Positions 1-15,300 of a DNA stretch of 64,000 nt are shown one piece after another. A program made the translations under genes and the position numbers. This stretch comes from Glaucostegus cemiculus (Eukaryota), in assembly GCA_976551045.1 (NCBI GenBank), contig CDPCPM010000033.1:27404001-27468000 (forward strand). The letters are read 5' to 3'. The notes below the pieces were generated by a model, which searched no databases, was not told where the DNA came from, and saw only the letters and a program-made list of their open reading frames with translations. The stretch's first letter is position 1. Every line of letters begins with the position of its first letter.

Positions 1-228
1 ATTGGAATTGAGACTGAGCCATTTTAATAAATGGGCCCTCCCAATTTAGAAACTCTAAGAAATGGACAGGCAGACTGCCACGGTTGTGTTCAATCCCTGT
101 CTGGCAAAGGCAGAGTTAGGAACCGGATTGGGATGGGGGCTAGTGGTAGTGGTGCTGGAGGGAGAAAAAATCTATTTGTAAAATCACATATATGTGTAAG
201 AAGTATAAATCATTACTTTTGAATTTAC

Positions 229-377
229 CTTCTCCCACTCTTCCTTTCCTTCCTCCTTAAATTCAACAAAATAGCCAGTGATTCTGGATCCACCATCTTT
301 TGTTGGTGGAGCCCATTCAAGATCGACTGTTGACTTAGTCCAGTCTGTTACCTTAGGAAATGGAGGACCAGGTGGTG
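229..377 (-). CDS. TTN: titin exon, FN3 N-half (third D-zone super-repeat)
   Basis: AG/GT bounded, 149 bp; PPGPPFPKVTDWTKSTVDLEWAPPTKDGGSRITGYFVEFKEEGKEEWEK (absent from ORF track). Confidence 0.93.
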
Positions 378-3300
378 CTGTTTCAAAAAAAAAGTACAGC
401 TATGTGCATCATAAAGCTTAGGTTTCAAAACCAAATTCACAAGAAATGTAGTCTTTAGAATTCTATATTTGTTGATGTGTTATTACATTTGCTGTACATA
501 AATAAAAAAGCACTGCTTGCATTGTAGCGATGTATCTGCAAAGGGCCGCTGACATTGCAAAAAGTTAGGATGCATAGAACTGTTTAAAGAGCTGCAAGAG
601 AAATTATGCATGTACAAAAATCTCAAAATTCCAACCATAAAAAATGCTTACCTATGGGATCTCTTGCAACCACTGGGTCAGAAGGCACACTTGGAGGTCC
701 AACACCTGCTGCATTGATAGCAAACACACGGAATTGATAAAATGAGCTTTCAATAAGGCCAGTTACATGATAGGATACTCCAAGTGGCATAATCCTAATT
801 GGATCACGGTTTATCCTGTTCCATCTCTTTGCTGAGGTCTCTTTACGCTCTAACCAGTAGCCAGTTACTGGAGAGCCGCCATCATATTGTGGTTCTTCCC
901 AGTTGACTACCATACTATCATGTTTCACACTACTTACAGTTGGCTTGTCACAAGGTCCAGGTACAGCTGTAAAAAGAAAAATTACCATTTTTAATAAACA
1001 AGGTATATTTTTACTGTCATTTTGAATTCTAAGTTTGAAAATTTAACATCCTAAGAAATCTTAGAGAAGTTGGCACAAAAAATTCAAATTATTTTTGTTA
1101 TTAAGCACAGAATTAAATACCTTATTTCTATTTTTTTTTAATGTCAACAGAAATACCATTAAGTATGAACTGAGAACTTCAGATAAATAATTTTATCAGT
1201 CCCAGAAATTAGATATTGGATGCACATATAATATCAAAATATAGAACGTGTGGAAGAAATTTATTTGAATACATACAAAACAGATTTCTTGCTGTCTCTG
1301 GTTCACTGTCAAGAGGTTTACCAATGCCATATTTATTCTGAGCCATAACACGGAATACATATTCGTGTCCTTCCAATAACCTGGGCACTTCACACATGCA
1401 TTCTTTAACATCACTGGTAACTTGAATCCAAGTCTTCCTACTTGCTTCTTTCTTTTGAACAACATAGTTGGTGATCTTAGAGCCACCATCATCCTTTGGA
1501 GGTAGCCATGAAAGGGTCATTTTCTCAGCACTAATTCCTTCAAACTTAATAGGACCCACTGGAGGACCAGGGTATCCTAATCAATAGAAAAAGAAAAACA
1601 TATTTTAAATTATATTTTATAGTATGCATAAACAAAACTAGACATTTCGTGAAAAAATAAAAGAAAAGTTACCAAGAACATTGAGTCGCATTTCCTTAGA
1701 ATCAGTGCCCAAGTTGTTTGTTGCAGTGAGTGTGTAAAGACCAGTGTCCTTTCGGAGAGACTGATGAATGAGTAGAGTGCAACCATCCTCAGTCACAATT
1801 TTGTTGACATGCTGATCATATTCTACTTTAGATTTTTCTTCTGGTTTATGGACAGGTGCTTTGTACCAAGTCAAAGTTGGGAATGGTGTGCCCTTCACTT
1901 TGGCAATAATGTTGATGTCTGTATGTTGTTCTGCCTCTAAGAATTCTTTAAGTTCAATTGCAGGTGCACCTAGACGTGAAAATATTCATTGCATTTAAGG
2001 AACATTTAAATTTAGAGTTTATGATATTTGCATTGGCCAGATATGAGGTAATTGTGCAAATACTTACATGTTTGGTCTTTCACAACTATAGGCCCAGCAG
2101 AGATACAAGGTTTACTAGTGCCAGCTTCATTAACAGCTTTTACACGGAATTCATATTCTCCACCTTCAACGAGATCTTCTACAGTAAATTTGGTTTCTTC
2201 CACATCGCGTCTATTGCACTGTTTCCAGGATTCCTTCCTTTGACCACTAGGATCCAAGGCAAGACTTTCAATAATGTAATGAGTTACTGGAGCCCCTCCA
2301 TCATTCTTTGGTGGCTTCCAGGTAAGTGAAACAGTGTTCTTAGTAACCAATGCAATTTTGAGTTTTGTTGGCGGCTCAGGAGGATCTGAAATGTAAAAGC
2401 GCATTCATCAAAAAATGGCAAATCAAAGTTGTACAGATATCTGAACTGGATTAGTAAATTATAAATAAGAAACTTACGAATTGGATCTCTAGCCCTAGTT
2501 CTCTGAATAGTTTCTACTGGTGGGCCAACACCAAATCGGTTTTCTGCCCGGACACGGAAGAAGTACTCCTGCCCTTCAATAAGATCAGGCACAATAAATG
2601 ATGTGCCGACACAGGAAGCATTAACTTTTACCCAAGCCTTTCCTTCTACGGTCTTTTTCTCCACAACATAGCATTTAATTCTGTCTCCACCATCATTGTC
2701 TGGAGGCTTCCATGCAAGTTTGCAGGTACTTCTTGTAATGTCACTCACTTTAAGATCTTTTGGTGATCCTGGCATATCTGTTAAATGTAAAAAATAATTT
2801 AAGAATCATATCAAACTACTGCAATTTGTTTTATTTCAAATAAGTTAAAGAAAAAAAAACTACATACCAAGAACATTTACTCTGACATGTGCTGTCTTTT
2901 GACCGGCTTTGTTCTTAGCAGTAATATTGTATCGACCAGAGTGGGTTCTATTGCATTCTGGAATAACCACAGCTGTCTTAGTTCCTGCACTTTCAATCTA
3001 TAGAAGCCAAAAGGAAGAATAATAAAGTAAATAAAATGCAAATTCTATTCCTGCATTTCCAAATTTAAAACACAAATTAAAAAATCATAAACTACATTAT
3101 TACCTGAGCATCAGCTGGCACATTATGCACTTCATCCTATAATGAATAAAATATCAATTGTTACACGTTTTGTTCAATTCCAGTTTGTTCAGAAGATTCC
3201 ACCTTAAGCTTGGCCTTCATACTTTTCTGATTATGTCATACTAGATGATGCTAAGTAATTTTTACCCATGGTTCATATGGCATTATTTCATATTGCCTTG

Positions 3301-6300
3301 AAGCTGATTTAAACCTAGCTTCAAACATGACACATCCCAACTAGATTTAAAAAGTAAGCCATGAATACCTAGGATGATAGACAAGGGAAATCATAGCTTG
3401 TGTAAAATGCTATGAATTACAGAACAATAACTAATCTCCTACAAGTGAAAAATCTTCATAAACTAAACTAATTAGGAATCGACACAAATAGTGGTGACTG
3501 GAGATGAATGAGGAGTTCATGTGTTAATTGAACAGAGTAGTCAAAACATTAACTATGATGCAATTCTCACTCCTCAGCTAAAATGGGGCAGTCTATTCTC
3601 ACGTTGGCTTTATCCCAAAAAGAAACAGAATTTGCCAACAACTAGGACAAAAGGTATTATTCCAAGAAAGGTTTTAAATATGGAAGGCCCAGAGATATTC
3701 AGAGATAATGACTATAGAGAAAGTATAGTCCATTACTTGGCTGTAGTTCTCTTTTGACAGACAACTCACTTGCTAGAAATTTCCAACCATATGCTTATGC
3801 ATATTGAGCTTCATGAGCTGCTCAAGAAAAAATATACATATTGTCTTTTCGGAACTTTGTACTCAGTTTTTCTAACCTGACTGAAGTTACAACTGCGGTG
3901 AAGTCAGATACAATCTGTATGTTTAAGCTACAGTTAAACAGACCATTAAATAGGCATGGCATAGAAGGATTATGGACTTCCTGTGGGCAAATGGAATTTG
4001 TGTAGATGGACAAAAAGTCTGGCATGGATGTGGTGGGCTGAAGGGGCCACAATTCTGCGCTGTACATTTCTATGAATCTATCTATAACAATTACATTTCT
4101 TTTTAAGATCTATAAGAGAAAAACACCATCACATTACTGAATGCTATGCACTCAAAAAATGAGTATTGAGGGGTTAAAAATGGATAGTGGGCAAATTAGC
4201 TGTGTCATTGATACCCAAGACTCTTATGATGCCATATTCATGTAAGGTTCTAAATGAGTTAATGCTCTAGCTACCTAGAACAGGGTGAAGCCTGCTTTAC
4301 TATGCAGACTGGGTTCTTGCACCATCCAGCTTTACCAAGTATTGAACACTCAACCAAGGAACTGCAGAGACAATTTAAAAAATCAGCCACTGAAAATTAT
4401 TGAAATTATATTTTTTGTGAAGTGCCTTGCAAAATTACTGATGATCACTGCAAGCCCAGATTTGCTCGTGTACCTTCATCTCCATTCCCTTTACCTTTCT
4501 CTTTGAATTAACATCATTGGAGCCATCTGGATTTCCTGAGCAGCAATGTGCCTTAAAATACTGATGTAACACTGCAGTACTTCATCTACTTAAGTGAGGC
4601 TGAATGTTGAATTTGGTTTGGGGTCTCAACCTAACAAAAATCACCCTAATGATCTGGTTATCAAGTCAAATTTTCTCCTTATGTTTAAACAGAAAAGAAG
4701 CATTTTTGTTAATATCTTAGGAGAAATGAGAGATATGTGTTTTACTCAAGGATACCATTTATTGTTAATTCTCTTTTAACTGCTCATTCATTCAGGCCTG
4801 AATCCTTATTTGGTAAGCTATAGATTTTAATATCCTTTTCAAAAAGTGGAAAATCACACAACCACACAACATATATTGCAATCATCCATGTTATGGTCAG
4901 TGGGTGTCATTATATGGATGTTGGGATACATGAAGTCTGACTGAGGAGATAGTTGGTGATGTTGAATCGTAGAGACATTTCGAGAGATTTGAGCCAGCCA
5001 ATCTAATTACTGGTCAGAAGATTGTTAATTTAAGACCAAGTCTTTTCTCACCAACCTAACATAAAGCACCCCTAAAGAAATCACAATGACAGACCTACCC
5101 AGGAAGGAGTTAGGGAGGTAATATCCCAGAGGACAATGATCTGCTCTGACAGTAAGTAGATTCTATTGAACTCTGCAAATTGTTGTCTGGGAACCAGTTG
5201 GGATGATCCAGTTTGTGGGAAGTGACAATTTAAGAGCTTTCTGTCTGTCAGAATACCAGTTTGGGACCTTGATTAATTAGTCTTGCAAATACCAGAACTG
5301 GAGATTCTGCATCACTGTTAAGTACATACTACAGAAAGTGACATTTATGAATACTATGAGTTTTAATTAGGGCTAGAATATAGGCTGATGCCTTGAACAT
5401 TTAATCTAAAACGTTCAAGTCATGTCAAAGTGGTATGTTAAAGTAAATATTTTTGACTTCTAACCGACTTATATCCATAAATGTTTGGATGAAATGACAC
5501 AGGGTGATCAGATTGAAATTTTTTTGTTCAGAAATGGGTTACTTGCAGCAGATTCCATATGGAGGGGAGACTTAATTTCTTGAACACACTTACATAACTA
5601 CGCAAGACCTTACCTTTAGTTTACCATTAATACCTTTAATTACTGATGTTAGAAATTTTATAATATTTGGTATTCTAGCATTAATCATCTCTGCTGGCAA
5701 ATGAACTTTCCTAACATAATATTGCATATATCCAAGGGATATTGAAATGGGATAACTATGAGTCTATCATGAAGACGTAAGTGATCGAACTAACATATAA
5801 TTCAGACATTTTTATACCTTGATAACTGTTTTAGCTGGTCCTTCAAACTCCCAATTGATCTTGGGAAAAGGACGGCCTGATACAATAGCTGGAATTCTCA
5901 CAGCTGTTCCTGCATGACAACTGAGGAAATCTTGTGCGCCAACATCCAATATAATATCTGGTTCCTCTGCAAATCACAAAAAAAAACATGTTGGCTGTGA
6001 TCTACAAAATGCAAATACTAATACTCTTAAATACTGAATCTTGAAGTGTTTACCTAGGATTTCCTTCACAATTATTTCTGAAGTGGATAAACTTGGTTCA
6101 GATTCCCCTGCAGCATTAACAGCTTTAATTCGGAACCTGTATTTCTTGAGTGCTTTTAAATTGGGTACCTCATATTCACATATAGGAATTAATTTATCTG
6201 GCTCTGATGCTCTTGTCCAATCAGATGAACCTTCTTCCTGCATCTCAACAATATAACCTTGGATTGGGCTATGACCATCCTTTTCTGGGCGTTTCCATGC

Positions 6301-9300
6301 AAGCTTTATGGTATTCTTGGTTTTATCAGTGACTTCAGGACAGGAGGGGGCACCTGGAGGATCTTGTGGGGGAGAAAAGAACATTTAATTCATATGTCAA
6401 TTTCTCACCATTTTATTGTAGTGTGAGTAAAAACTATGTGATAGTTTTAATCAGAGCAATTAAAAAAATTACATTACCATACACATTACCTTGATTGATA
6501 ATTAAAATATCAGTACTGTGTTTATGATTGTGTGTATTATCTTAGGTATTTTTTATGTTAAGAAAAGTTTTAATTAGCTATAATTTTTACTTAGGAATTA
6601 GAAATGCATAACTGATAAACATATATTTAATAAAACTTACATTTGGGATCAGATGCCAAAACTGGATCAGAAGGTTCACTTGGAGGTCCAATTCCAGCAG
6701 CATTTATAGCCATCACTCGGAACTGATACTCAACACCTTCTAATAAGCGAAGGACAGTGAAACCTAGGCCTTTCACAGCTGGCTTTGTCAGAGGAGCTCT
6801 ATTGACACGTGACCAGTACACACCATCTACTTCTCTCTTCTCTATATAATAACCCGTAATCGGAGCACCACCATTGTCCAGTGGAGGTTTCCAAGATACA
6901 AGCATAGAAGACCTTGTAACATCAGACACATCTGGTTTACTCGGTGGTCCTGGAAGGCCAAATGGATCTTTGATTGTCACTTTTTCAGACAGACAGCCAT
7001 CACTAATTCCATATTTGTTCTCTGCTCTAATTCTAAACTGATATTCTCCATCAGTTGTCAATTTCCATACCTAAAATGGAGAAAATTTTGGTTATATATA
7101 TAAAAAATTTGCTAGATTATTGGAAGAAGTAGTTAAAATATAAATATAATTCAGTAATATAAAAAAGAAACATTACGCCATATCGTCTTTCAATAATATA
7201 TTTTGTGATCTCTTCCCATTCGGATTTCTTTGTGCTTGCATCACGCTTGTCAACAATATAATTAGTTATTTCACTTCCACCATTGTCTTCAGGGGCATCC
7301 CAAGTCAGATAACAGGATTCAGCTTTAACATCAGAAACTTTAAGGTTCCTTGGTGGCGAAGGTTTGTCTATAGTTAAGAAAAGGTAAAAAAATCAATACT
7401 TCAACAATTTTGGGAATTTTTTATAGAAGTCTCAAAACGTTTTCTTGAAATTTTCTTGTGTTTTGTTTCCTTACCTAGAATATTCACATTCACAGACTGG
7501 GATGCTGATCCCAGGCGGTTTGAAACGGTAATAGTGTAAGTATCTGTATCTTTTCTAACGGTTGTAGGAATACTAAACTTAGTTAATGCGTTTGTTCTTG
7601 ACACTACTTCAGTATCTATCTTCTGTCGGTCAGTTGATTTTTCCACTACAATCTCTCCTTTGCTCCATTCGATTTTGGGAAAGGGGAGGCCTTCCACCTC
7701 TGCTGGAATTTCAACTGGTTCTCCGACTTTAACAGCTATTACATCTTTCTTAACTTTTAGTAGCAGTTTCACAGTAGGAGGCACTATTGGAAAATAGATG
7801 AATCAAAGAACAAAAATGTTAATCAATTAAATTTGGAAAAAAAAATTAACATGAAAATTTTGTTACAGATCAATAGCAAAGGAAATAGCAAATGCATTTA
7901 CCTTCATCATCTTGCACTATGACATTAAGAGTAATTGATGGTTCACTTTCTCCAATTTCATTAACAGCTCTTACACGGAAGTCATACATGTTTAAGTCTT
8001 CGAGATTATCCACCACTAAGGTTGTATCTGTACAGATCTGTTTGTTAGCTTTTTCAAATTCATGCTGATCATGTCGTTTCTTTTCCACAAAATACCCTAA
8101 GATGGGACGACCACCATCATTTCTTGGAGGTTTCCAGATGAGTGTGACAGTTGACTTTGTTCTCTCAGTGTACCTAAACTTCTCAGGCGAAGTTGGTGGG
8201 CCTACAATTAAAGAATATGTTTAATTCAAACATGTAACAGAATGTCCAGAAAATATTTAATAGTCTTGTTTTTCATTTTTCATACCCAGTGGATCAACTG
8301 CAGCTATTGGTCCAAGTTCTTCAGTGGGGCCGCACCCATACTTATTTTTAGCACAAATTCGGAACATATATTCCTGTCCTTCAAGAAGACCAACAATGTC
8401 ACATTTGGATTTTTCTGTTTCAATAGGTTGTCTCCAGGAATGCATTTTAGCATCCTTTCTCTCAATAACGTAACCGATTATATCACTACCACCATCATCT
8501 TCAGGTTCCGACCAGTTAAGTAATATCATCTTCCTTGTAACAACTACAGGTTTTAGATCCAGAATAGGGCCAGGAACATCTGGAAGAAAAGGTGGCACAA
8601 ATCATTTAGATTTAATTAAGATTCCAATATAAAACACCAACCTTTTTCTCAAACTTATAATTTTTTACTACGAGCCTTACCTACGATATCCACTCGAGTC
8701 CATGCAGATTTGCTGCCACTGTTATTTGTAGCAGTAACTATGTATCTGCCAAAATCACTTCTTTTTGAATCCTTTATAATTAATTCTGACTTTGTACCAA
8801 CTGTTTCAATAACAGCAAGCTTTTCATCAAATTTTCCTCCTTCTTCCTTGTTCCATTTAACTTCTGGAGTTGGTCGGCCTGTTATAATGGCAGGAAGTCT
8901 AACAGTTTCTCCAGCCTGAATTAGGATACCATTTCTTACACTTACATCAAATTCCACTGTTGGAGGTTCTGGAAAGCAAAATGTATTTTTTGTGAATAGT
9001 AATGAAAAATACTGAACAAGACTGAAAAGTATAGATCTAAGTATTTGCAAGATTCTTAATACCTTGAGGCTCCCTTACGGTTACAACTTCAGTCTGACCA
9101 GGAGCTCCTTCTCCAGCATTATTGACTGCCACCACACGAATTATATAATCTGCATCTTCTCTAACTCCAAAGACTGTGTATTTGAGACCTTTAATTAATT
9201 TTTCTGTGCACCGTGACCATTCCCTTGATCCTATAAGCTGCTTGTCAACATGATAACCAGTAATGTCCCCTCCACCATTGTAGATTGGAGGCTCCCACAC

Positions 9301-12300
9301 CACATCGATTGATGTTGCTGATGTATCATGGATACTTGGTATAGGTGGTCCAGGTGGCACTTAGACAGAAAAGAAAAAATAATTATAAAATGAGTAAGAG
9401 CCATATATAATTTTTTGTGATCTCCAAGTTTATCAACTATTGTTAAGCTAATACTTACATATTGGGTCCTGTGCTCTCTTGGGATCTGATGGCGGACTGA
9501 ATTTTCCAGGACCAGCTGCATTTTCTGCACAAACCCTGAACAGGTATGTTAAACCCTCCATAAGGCCTTCAACTGTTACTTTTAGGGCATTTAGTAAGTC
9601 TTTATTAACTCGAGTCCAGTGTGTGCTGTTAATTTCTCTTCTTTCAATCCAGTAGCCTAAAATAGGGCTACCGTTGTCTTTTGGTTCCTTCCATATAACG
9701 ATCATACTATTGCTAGTGGTATCCTCCACTTGAGGCTGATCAGGTGCTTCAGGGGGATCTGAAAAAGGAATGATGAGGATAAGTAAAGAGCAATACTGAT
9801 AACAATAAACATTATATGTCAAATAGCAATGGCAAAAATTAGAACATAGTTAATATTTCAGTTTGTGTATGATGGTTTTGAGAAACAAAAGTAAACACTT
9901 ACCAAATGGATTTTTAGCAACAAGTGGCTTTGAAACACACGGTGGTCCAGGACCAAATTTATTTTCTGCTGCCACACGGAAAATATATTCTTTTCCTTCA
10001 ATAAGTTTCGTCACATGAAATTTACAATGTCTAAGAGTTGTTGTTACAGTAATCCAGCCAATTCCAGGTTTGGAATTATCTTTCTTCTCCAAGATATAGT
10101 TAAGAATTTCACTGCCACCATTGTCCAAAGGAGGATCCCATTTACAGATGACAGAATCATTTCTAACTTCCTCAAATATGAAATTGACAGGTGGGCCAGG
10201 TGTGTCTGGAATGCCAAATACAAATTCCTTAATTGTGTTAAAGGAAACAACTCTAAATATTTACAATTTTTAGCAGCTCCTTCTAAAAATATTGTAACAT
10301 CAATGAAAGAATTTATATAACATCTCACCTAAGACGTTCACATCACAACTTGCACGAGCAACACCATGATCATTTTCTACTTTGATAGTATATTTTCCAT
10401 AGTCTTTTCTGATGGAATCCCGCACTATAATTTGAGACTCCCCTATTTTGCTGTTGTCAAGAGTTAACCGTTCGGGTAGACTGAGAGAGAAAGGCTCTTC
10501 CTCCTCCACAACTTCCTTCTTCTTAGCTGGTATTATTTTCTGCACTCTTTTTTTGATCTCTTCAGGTCTGATCACTTCATCATTTCGAGACCATGTTATA
10601 GTTGGATAAGGAGAACCAGAAATACGAGCTAGAAGGGCTATCTCTTCTCCTTTTCTGACACTTAATCCAGATGCAAGATTCCCGCTAAGGGACACCTTTG
10701 GTGGGTCTACATAGAAAAACAGAATAACTATTACTGAACAGGATTTCTTATTACCTACTTACTTAATCTTAATTGCTTCTTCACCTAAAAAAAATATAGA
10801 AATAAAGGCATCACATTTTCTTGAATTTAGTGAATACTTTGAGGGTTACAAAAAAAACTCACCAATGGGGTCCAAAGCCTTGACTCCTGGAGTTATTCTT
10901 GAAGGATCACTAACTCCAGCAATATTTTCAGCACGTGCACGGAACTGGTATTCATTTCCTTCTTCAAGATTCTTTACAGTATAAGACAGAACAGGAACCA
11001 AATACTCATTGCATCTCTCCCATTTGTCACTTCCTTTAGCTATCTTTTCTATGATATAGCCCATGATTTTACAACCACCATCAAAAAGAGGTGGTTTCCA
11101 TGTGAGCATTGCAGATTTTGATGTTGGATCTTGGACCTCAAGATCAACTGGTGGATCAGGGCGCTCTGAAGGAAAATTACAGATATAAGTTTAATAATAT
11201 TTAAAATGTTCTAAGAACTAAGAGCTAGGCAGACAATAGCATTATTTTCTGAACTACTTACGCTTTTGATCTTCTGCAATAACTGGGTTGCGAATCTCAG
11301 TGTATTCACCACCACCAATTTTATTAACGGCCTTTACTCGGAAGTAGTATTCACTATTTGGAATAAGGTCCTTTACTTGCCAGGTCAGTTTATTCTCACC
11401 AGACATTACTGGTGTGTAAGTTCTTCTACCAGCTTCTCGACGTTGTAGAACATAATGTAAAATTGGGCTGCCACCATCGTAGTCTGGAGGATCCCAACTT
11501 ATCTTGCAAGAACTCTTGGTAACATCGCTTGCTTTTATTTCCTTACACTGACCAGGTAATCCTTAATTAACACAAAGAAGATCATATGGTCAAAATCATT
11601 TGATTTTATTCAGAAAAAGTGCTTTCATACAAGAAAATAATATTTAAAAAATCCCCGTCACATTTCAATTTATTACCTATGACTTTGACATTAATGGTGC
11701 CTGTCGTTGAACCCAATTTATTCTCCAGTGTAATCGTGTAGACACCCGCGTCAGCATGAACACAGTTGATAATTTCAATGGATGCGCGAATGTAATCACT
11801 CTGCTTTGTCATTCTGTCATCCACTTTGAGCTCTTTTCCATTCTTAAACCAGGAAATTGTTGGCACTGGCACAGCTCTAAAGGGTACGAGGATATTCAAC
11901 TTCTCACCCTCCACAACAACTATATCTTGGGTCTGCACTTCAATACTTGGATTACCTATTAAAATAAATATTTTAAACAATATATAAAAAGGTAAAGTGT
12001 TTAATAGAATAATAACATAACTTCTGAATGAGTTAGGAAATATTTCAGAAGATTGTTCTTACAGTCAGAATCCTTAGCCACAACATTTTCTGAAATTTCT
12101 GACGGATCACTTGTTCCAATGGCATTAACAGCCTTAACTCTCAGGATATATTCTTTATCAGGAATAATGCCTTCTTCTGCTTTATATTTCAGATCTTTTA
12201 CTGGACGAGAATTAATTCGCATCCACTTCTCAGTTCCTGCTTCACAAATTTCAACATGATAGCCAATAATAGGGCTACCACCATTTTTCTCCGGCGCTTT

Positions 12301-15300
12301 CCATGCAATAGAAATTTGATCTCTATTTGCATCTGTTACATGTAACTCAAGAGGAGGAGATGGTGGACCTAGACACAAATAACATTAGAATACAACTAGT
12401 TTATTTCCAAAATTTCAAGAGAATTTCTGTTAATTACATGTTTACTTTCAATTTCTACTCACTAGTTGGATCTTCAATACATAGCATATCAGTAGGTTCA
12501 CTTGGATGCCCACAGCCAGCTTCATTTTCAGCACGGACTTGGAACTGTACTTCAGTGCCCTCAATCACATCAGTAACTCTATAATTGCATTCTGGTCCAG
12601 CAGTCTTGCCAGCTTTAACCCAGCGAGTTCCTAATTTCTCTTTCTTTTCAATGACATATCTATGGAATTATTGTATCATTTTAAGTAGTGAATATACATA
12701 AGAAGGAAAGAATCTCAATGAATGCAGAAGAAAATAGTCACTGTCTTAAAAAGAAAATGTACTAAATAAAAAAGGACTAAAATAACCTCTGTATTGGTCT
12801 TCCGCCATCGTTTTTGGGAGCCTCCCATTTCAGTTCAACATGTCTCTTGGTTACATCAACGACTGTAAGGGCATAAGGTGGCCCAGGTGTTGCTGGAGAG
12901 AAACCATTATACATAAGTAAGATAAAAAAAATCCAAAGAAACAATTAATTATTCACTAGGACTAGTAACATATCAAACAAGCTTACTGAAGGTATCTTTT
13001 GCAAGAACAGAGTCTTCCAGTTCACAGTATTCACTCTGACCAACCGCATTTTCTGCAGCAACTCGGAATACATATAGTGAACCTTCTGAAAGAGGAGAAA
13101 CTGTGGATTTGATGTCTTTTACTGTTGTGTCAACAGTTTGCCAGCCCTTTCGTCTTACATCTCTTTTCTCCACAATATAGTTTGTAATGGGAGAGCCACC
13201 ATCTTTTTCTGGTGGTGTCCATTTAAGATCAGCAGCATTCTTTGTGATATTAACAACTTCAAGCCAACGTGGAGGTGAAGGAGGATCTGTGGAGAAGAAA
13301 ATGTTGCTAATATTTAAAAATGCATGACTTTTGGTATTGACTGTAATGGAAATAGTGTAAAAGATGAGTACAACTTACTCAATCTCTCTTTGCACAACAC
13401 AGGATCACTGGGTTCACTAGGTTCACTTTCACCAGCCTTATTAACAGCACGTATACGGAATGAATATTCTTGTTTTTCCATAAGTCCTTTCAGGAAGTAT
13501 TCAGTCATGGGAACACCATCAGCTACTCTAACCCAGTCTTCTGTTCCACTTTTCAGCAATTCAACAATGTAAGATTCAATCTTTGCCCCTCCATCATGTT
13601 CTGGTTTATTCCAATTTAAGAAAACAGAAGTCTTCATGACATCTTTAACGTTAGGCTTTCCAGGAGGCCATGGTGGGTCTATAAATTAATTTGTATTAAA
13701 AATGGTCAAATCTTACATAAGAATATAGTCAATCTTGTAAAACTTTGCCACATGGATGTTGCCTTGCAAACAGCCAGAAAGGTTAGAAAAATTACAGTAT
13801 TGATTTTTTTAATATAGTTTCCGATCGCATACAAGAGTCCTCCAGTCATGCAGGGTCCAGCAATATTTCAGTCAAAAACATACAAAAGTAAGAAGTTTCA
13901 TTGGGTGAGCATAATTATACACATACCAATAGGATCTTTCACCAAGATTGGGTCTGTTTCTATGCTTGGTTTGCCAGGACCAGCTAAATTCTCTGCCAGT
14001 ACACGGAATTTGTACTTCTTCTTTGGAGTAAGTCCCTTTAATCTGTGTTTGAAAAAATATTAGGTACATGATTATTTGTTGTCAATGGATTTAGCTAACA
14101 TTTTTCATCTGAAATGACTGAAACAACCAACTTACTTTTGTACATGATGTCTAGTTAACAATTTGCAGCTATCAACAATCACATTCTACCACTGTCTAAA
14201 ATAGATTGATCTGTTATATTCTGCTTTTTTTTTCTCCCCTACCATACAGAACTAACTAATCAGAAGTCACAATTCATGCATTTAGCCATGAATCAGAAAA
14301 TTACATTTCATACAAACAGTTCTATATAGATGTGGGAAAGTTTTTTTATTTGCTCCCCATTTTAGTCATATAGTTTCCTATTCCCCCTATGCTTTCTCTC
14401 TGTATTAGTTCACAAAGCAATTTGATCCTCTCAGCCGAATTGTTGATTTAGACTGGGAATAGTTCGTACCCAAGCACTAATACCTTCAGTACCTAACTGG
14501 TAACAAACACCAATCTAAGAAGGACATGCTCATTCCTACACTATTTTTTTGTTAACTCTCAATCAACACTAGAACATTAACCCCAGCCCTATGTGCTCTA
14601 ATCTTGTTCACCATCCTCCTGTGTGGGATTTTACAAAAAACATTCTGAAAATCCAAACACATCACATCAATTGGTTCACTCTGGTTTACTTCACTAGATA
14701 CATTCTCAAAAAAAATTAAATAGATTGGTTAGATTTCCTTTCATAAATCCACAATGACTCTGCTCAGTTATATTATTATTTTAAGTATTGTGATACTACA
14801 GCTTTTGTTAGAAATTCCAGCATTTTCACAATTGCTGATATCAGACTAACAGGTCAGCAGTTTCCTGATTTGTCTCTCATTCCTTTCTTTAAATAGTGGG
14901 GTTACATTTGTTGCCTTGAATTCTGCAGGGCCCATTCCAGAATCTACAAGTTTTTGGAAGATGGTAATCAGAGCATCAATTTTCAGTTTCACTAATAGTT
15001 TGCATTTTTTAACATTTTAGTTTCTTTCAGTTCCTTATTGGACCCTTGGTTCTCCAGCATTTCTGGCATGTGTTTTGCATCTTCCTTAGAGGCAGAAACA
15101 ATGTTTTAGTTTGTTTCCTCTGCCATTTCTTTATTTCCCCCCCAAAATTCTCTCTTCTTCATCTGTAAGGGACCCAAATTCATCCTTACTGTATTTTTCC
15201 CCTTTTTACATACCTACAGAAACATCTACAGTCTATTTCCATGTTTCTTGCTAATTTACTATTTAATACAATTTAATATATTTTAATACTCTTTAATACA

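Noticed and set aside
10490-10580. Charged insert inside an Ig domain (RPEEIKKR...EEEEPF)
   Set aside because: A similar insert is present in human titin as I recall, so not novel
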